NCBI GenBank assembly: GCA_022813965.1
Contig: JALDZS010000005.1
Coordinates: forward strand, 186,001-250,000
Direction: 5' to 3'
DNA length: 64,000 nt
DNA from: Toensbergia leucococca
Taxonomy: Eukaryota
Of the stretch, positions 63,541 through 64,000 are shown in pieces. Position numbers and translations under genes: made by a program. Within the stretch, counting starts at the first letter, position 1. Every line of letters begins with the position of its first letter. The notes under the pieces are model-generated. The model had not been told where the DNA came from. It was given only the letters and a program-made list of their open reading frames with translations, and did not search any database.

Positions 63541-64000
63541 TCACACCTTGCTCTGGATCTGGTATCCACTGTCTTCCCACGCTTTGTGAGTCGTTCCCAT
63601 TAGCTCTTTTTGCTCGGTTCTTGTCAGCGGCTTCTCGGTGCCTCTTCTCAATTGTCTTGATTTGGCTGTCTCAGCCATTGAGGCGTTGGAATCGGTTTCT
63701 TCCGCGAATTGATAAGAGCGGAACTCGACATTAGCCCAGCCAGTGCCTACAGACTGCCATCAGCGCCGAATACTCCACCAAGGGTTGCTAGGGTTAGGGT
63801 TGCTGACCCCAGAACTTTCCACTGTCCGTCCAGTCCTCAGTAAAGTAGTGCAAGAACCCACCATGCGTCACAACAACAATCTCTTTCTCTGGCCTAGCTT
63901 TCAGCCATTGTCTCGCTTCTCTAGCTCTATTCTCGATTGCTTCAGCATCCGGTGCCCATTTCCCCTTCTTGTCGTTCCACCCATCGTGAACCAGGCTTAG
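63541..64000 (-). CDS. Partial (5'-truncated) histidine phosphatase / phosphoglycerate mutase family protein
   Basis: LSLVHDGWNDKKGKWAPDAEAIENRAREARQWLKARPEKEIVVVTHGGFLHYFTEDW; intron 63747-63807; GTGWANVEFRSYQF...YQIQSKV*. Not in the ORF track. Confidence 0.88.

Noticed and set aside
63781..63806. Telomere-like (TTAGGG) sequence inside the phosphatase intron
   Set aside because: Fewer than three imperfect units; too short to call an interstitial telomeric repeat.

Overview
Eukaryotic, intron-containing DNA from a filamentous ascomycete (Pezizomycotina). A lichen-forming lineage is my guess only and was not tested. The window is gene-dense, with about 26 protein-coding genes, most split by short GT-AG introns, so the ORF track fragments or misses several. 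Recognisable genes: an AZUL+HECT E3 ligase, REI1, APC2, an NRT2/CrnA-type nitrate transporter, a DSD1-like D-serine dehydratase, ARP4, GUP1, a salicylate-hydroxylase-like FAD monooxygenase, PUP1, NUP159, a Zn2Cys6 TF, an ABM-barrel protein, a BTB protein, a 3xKH RNA-binding protein, a CENP-K-like protein, a 14-exon prolyl aminopeptidase, a CUE/Smr protein, an SDR polyol dehydrogenase, YSC84/LSB3 and a partial histidine phosphatase. I found no rRNA, tRNA, transposon, CRISPR array or secondary-metabolite cluster, and no clear new multi-gene system. Best second-look items: (i) recurring C-rich to G-rich strand-skew oscillations at gene 3' ends, mostly convergent pairs, that override synonymous codon choice; (ii) a spliced pseudokinase lacking the VAIK, HRD and DFG residues; (iii) a 96-aa spliced gene absent from the ORF track; (iv) a dense GATA plus NirA/NIT4-like promoter on an unclustered nitrate transporter; (v) an orphan C2H2 gene with a long intron. 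All exon boundaries were read by eye.
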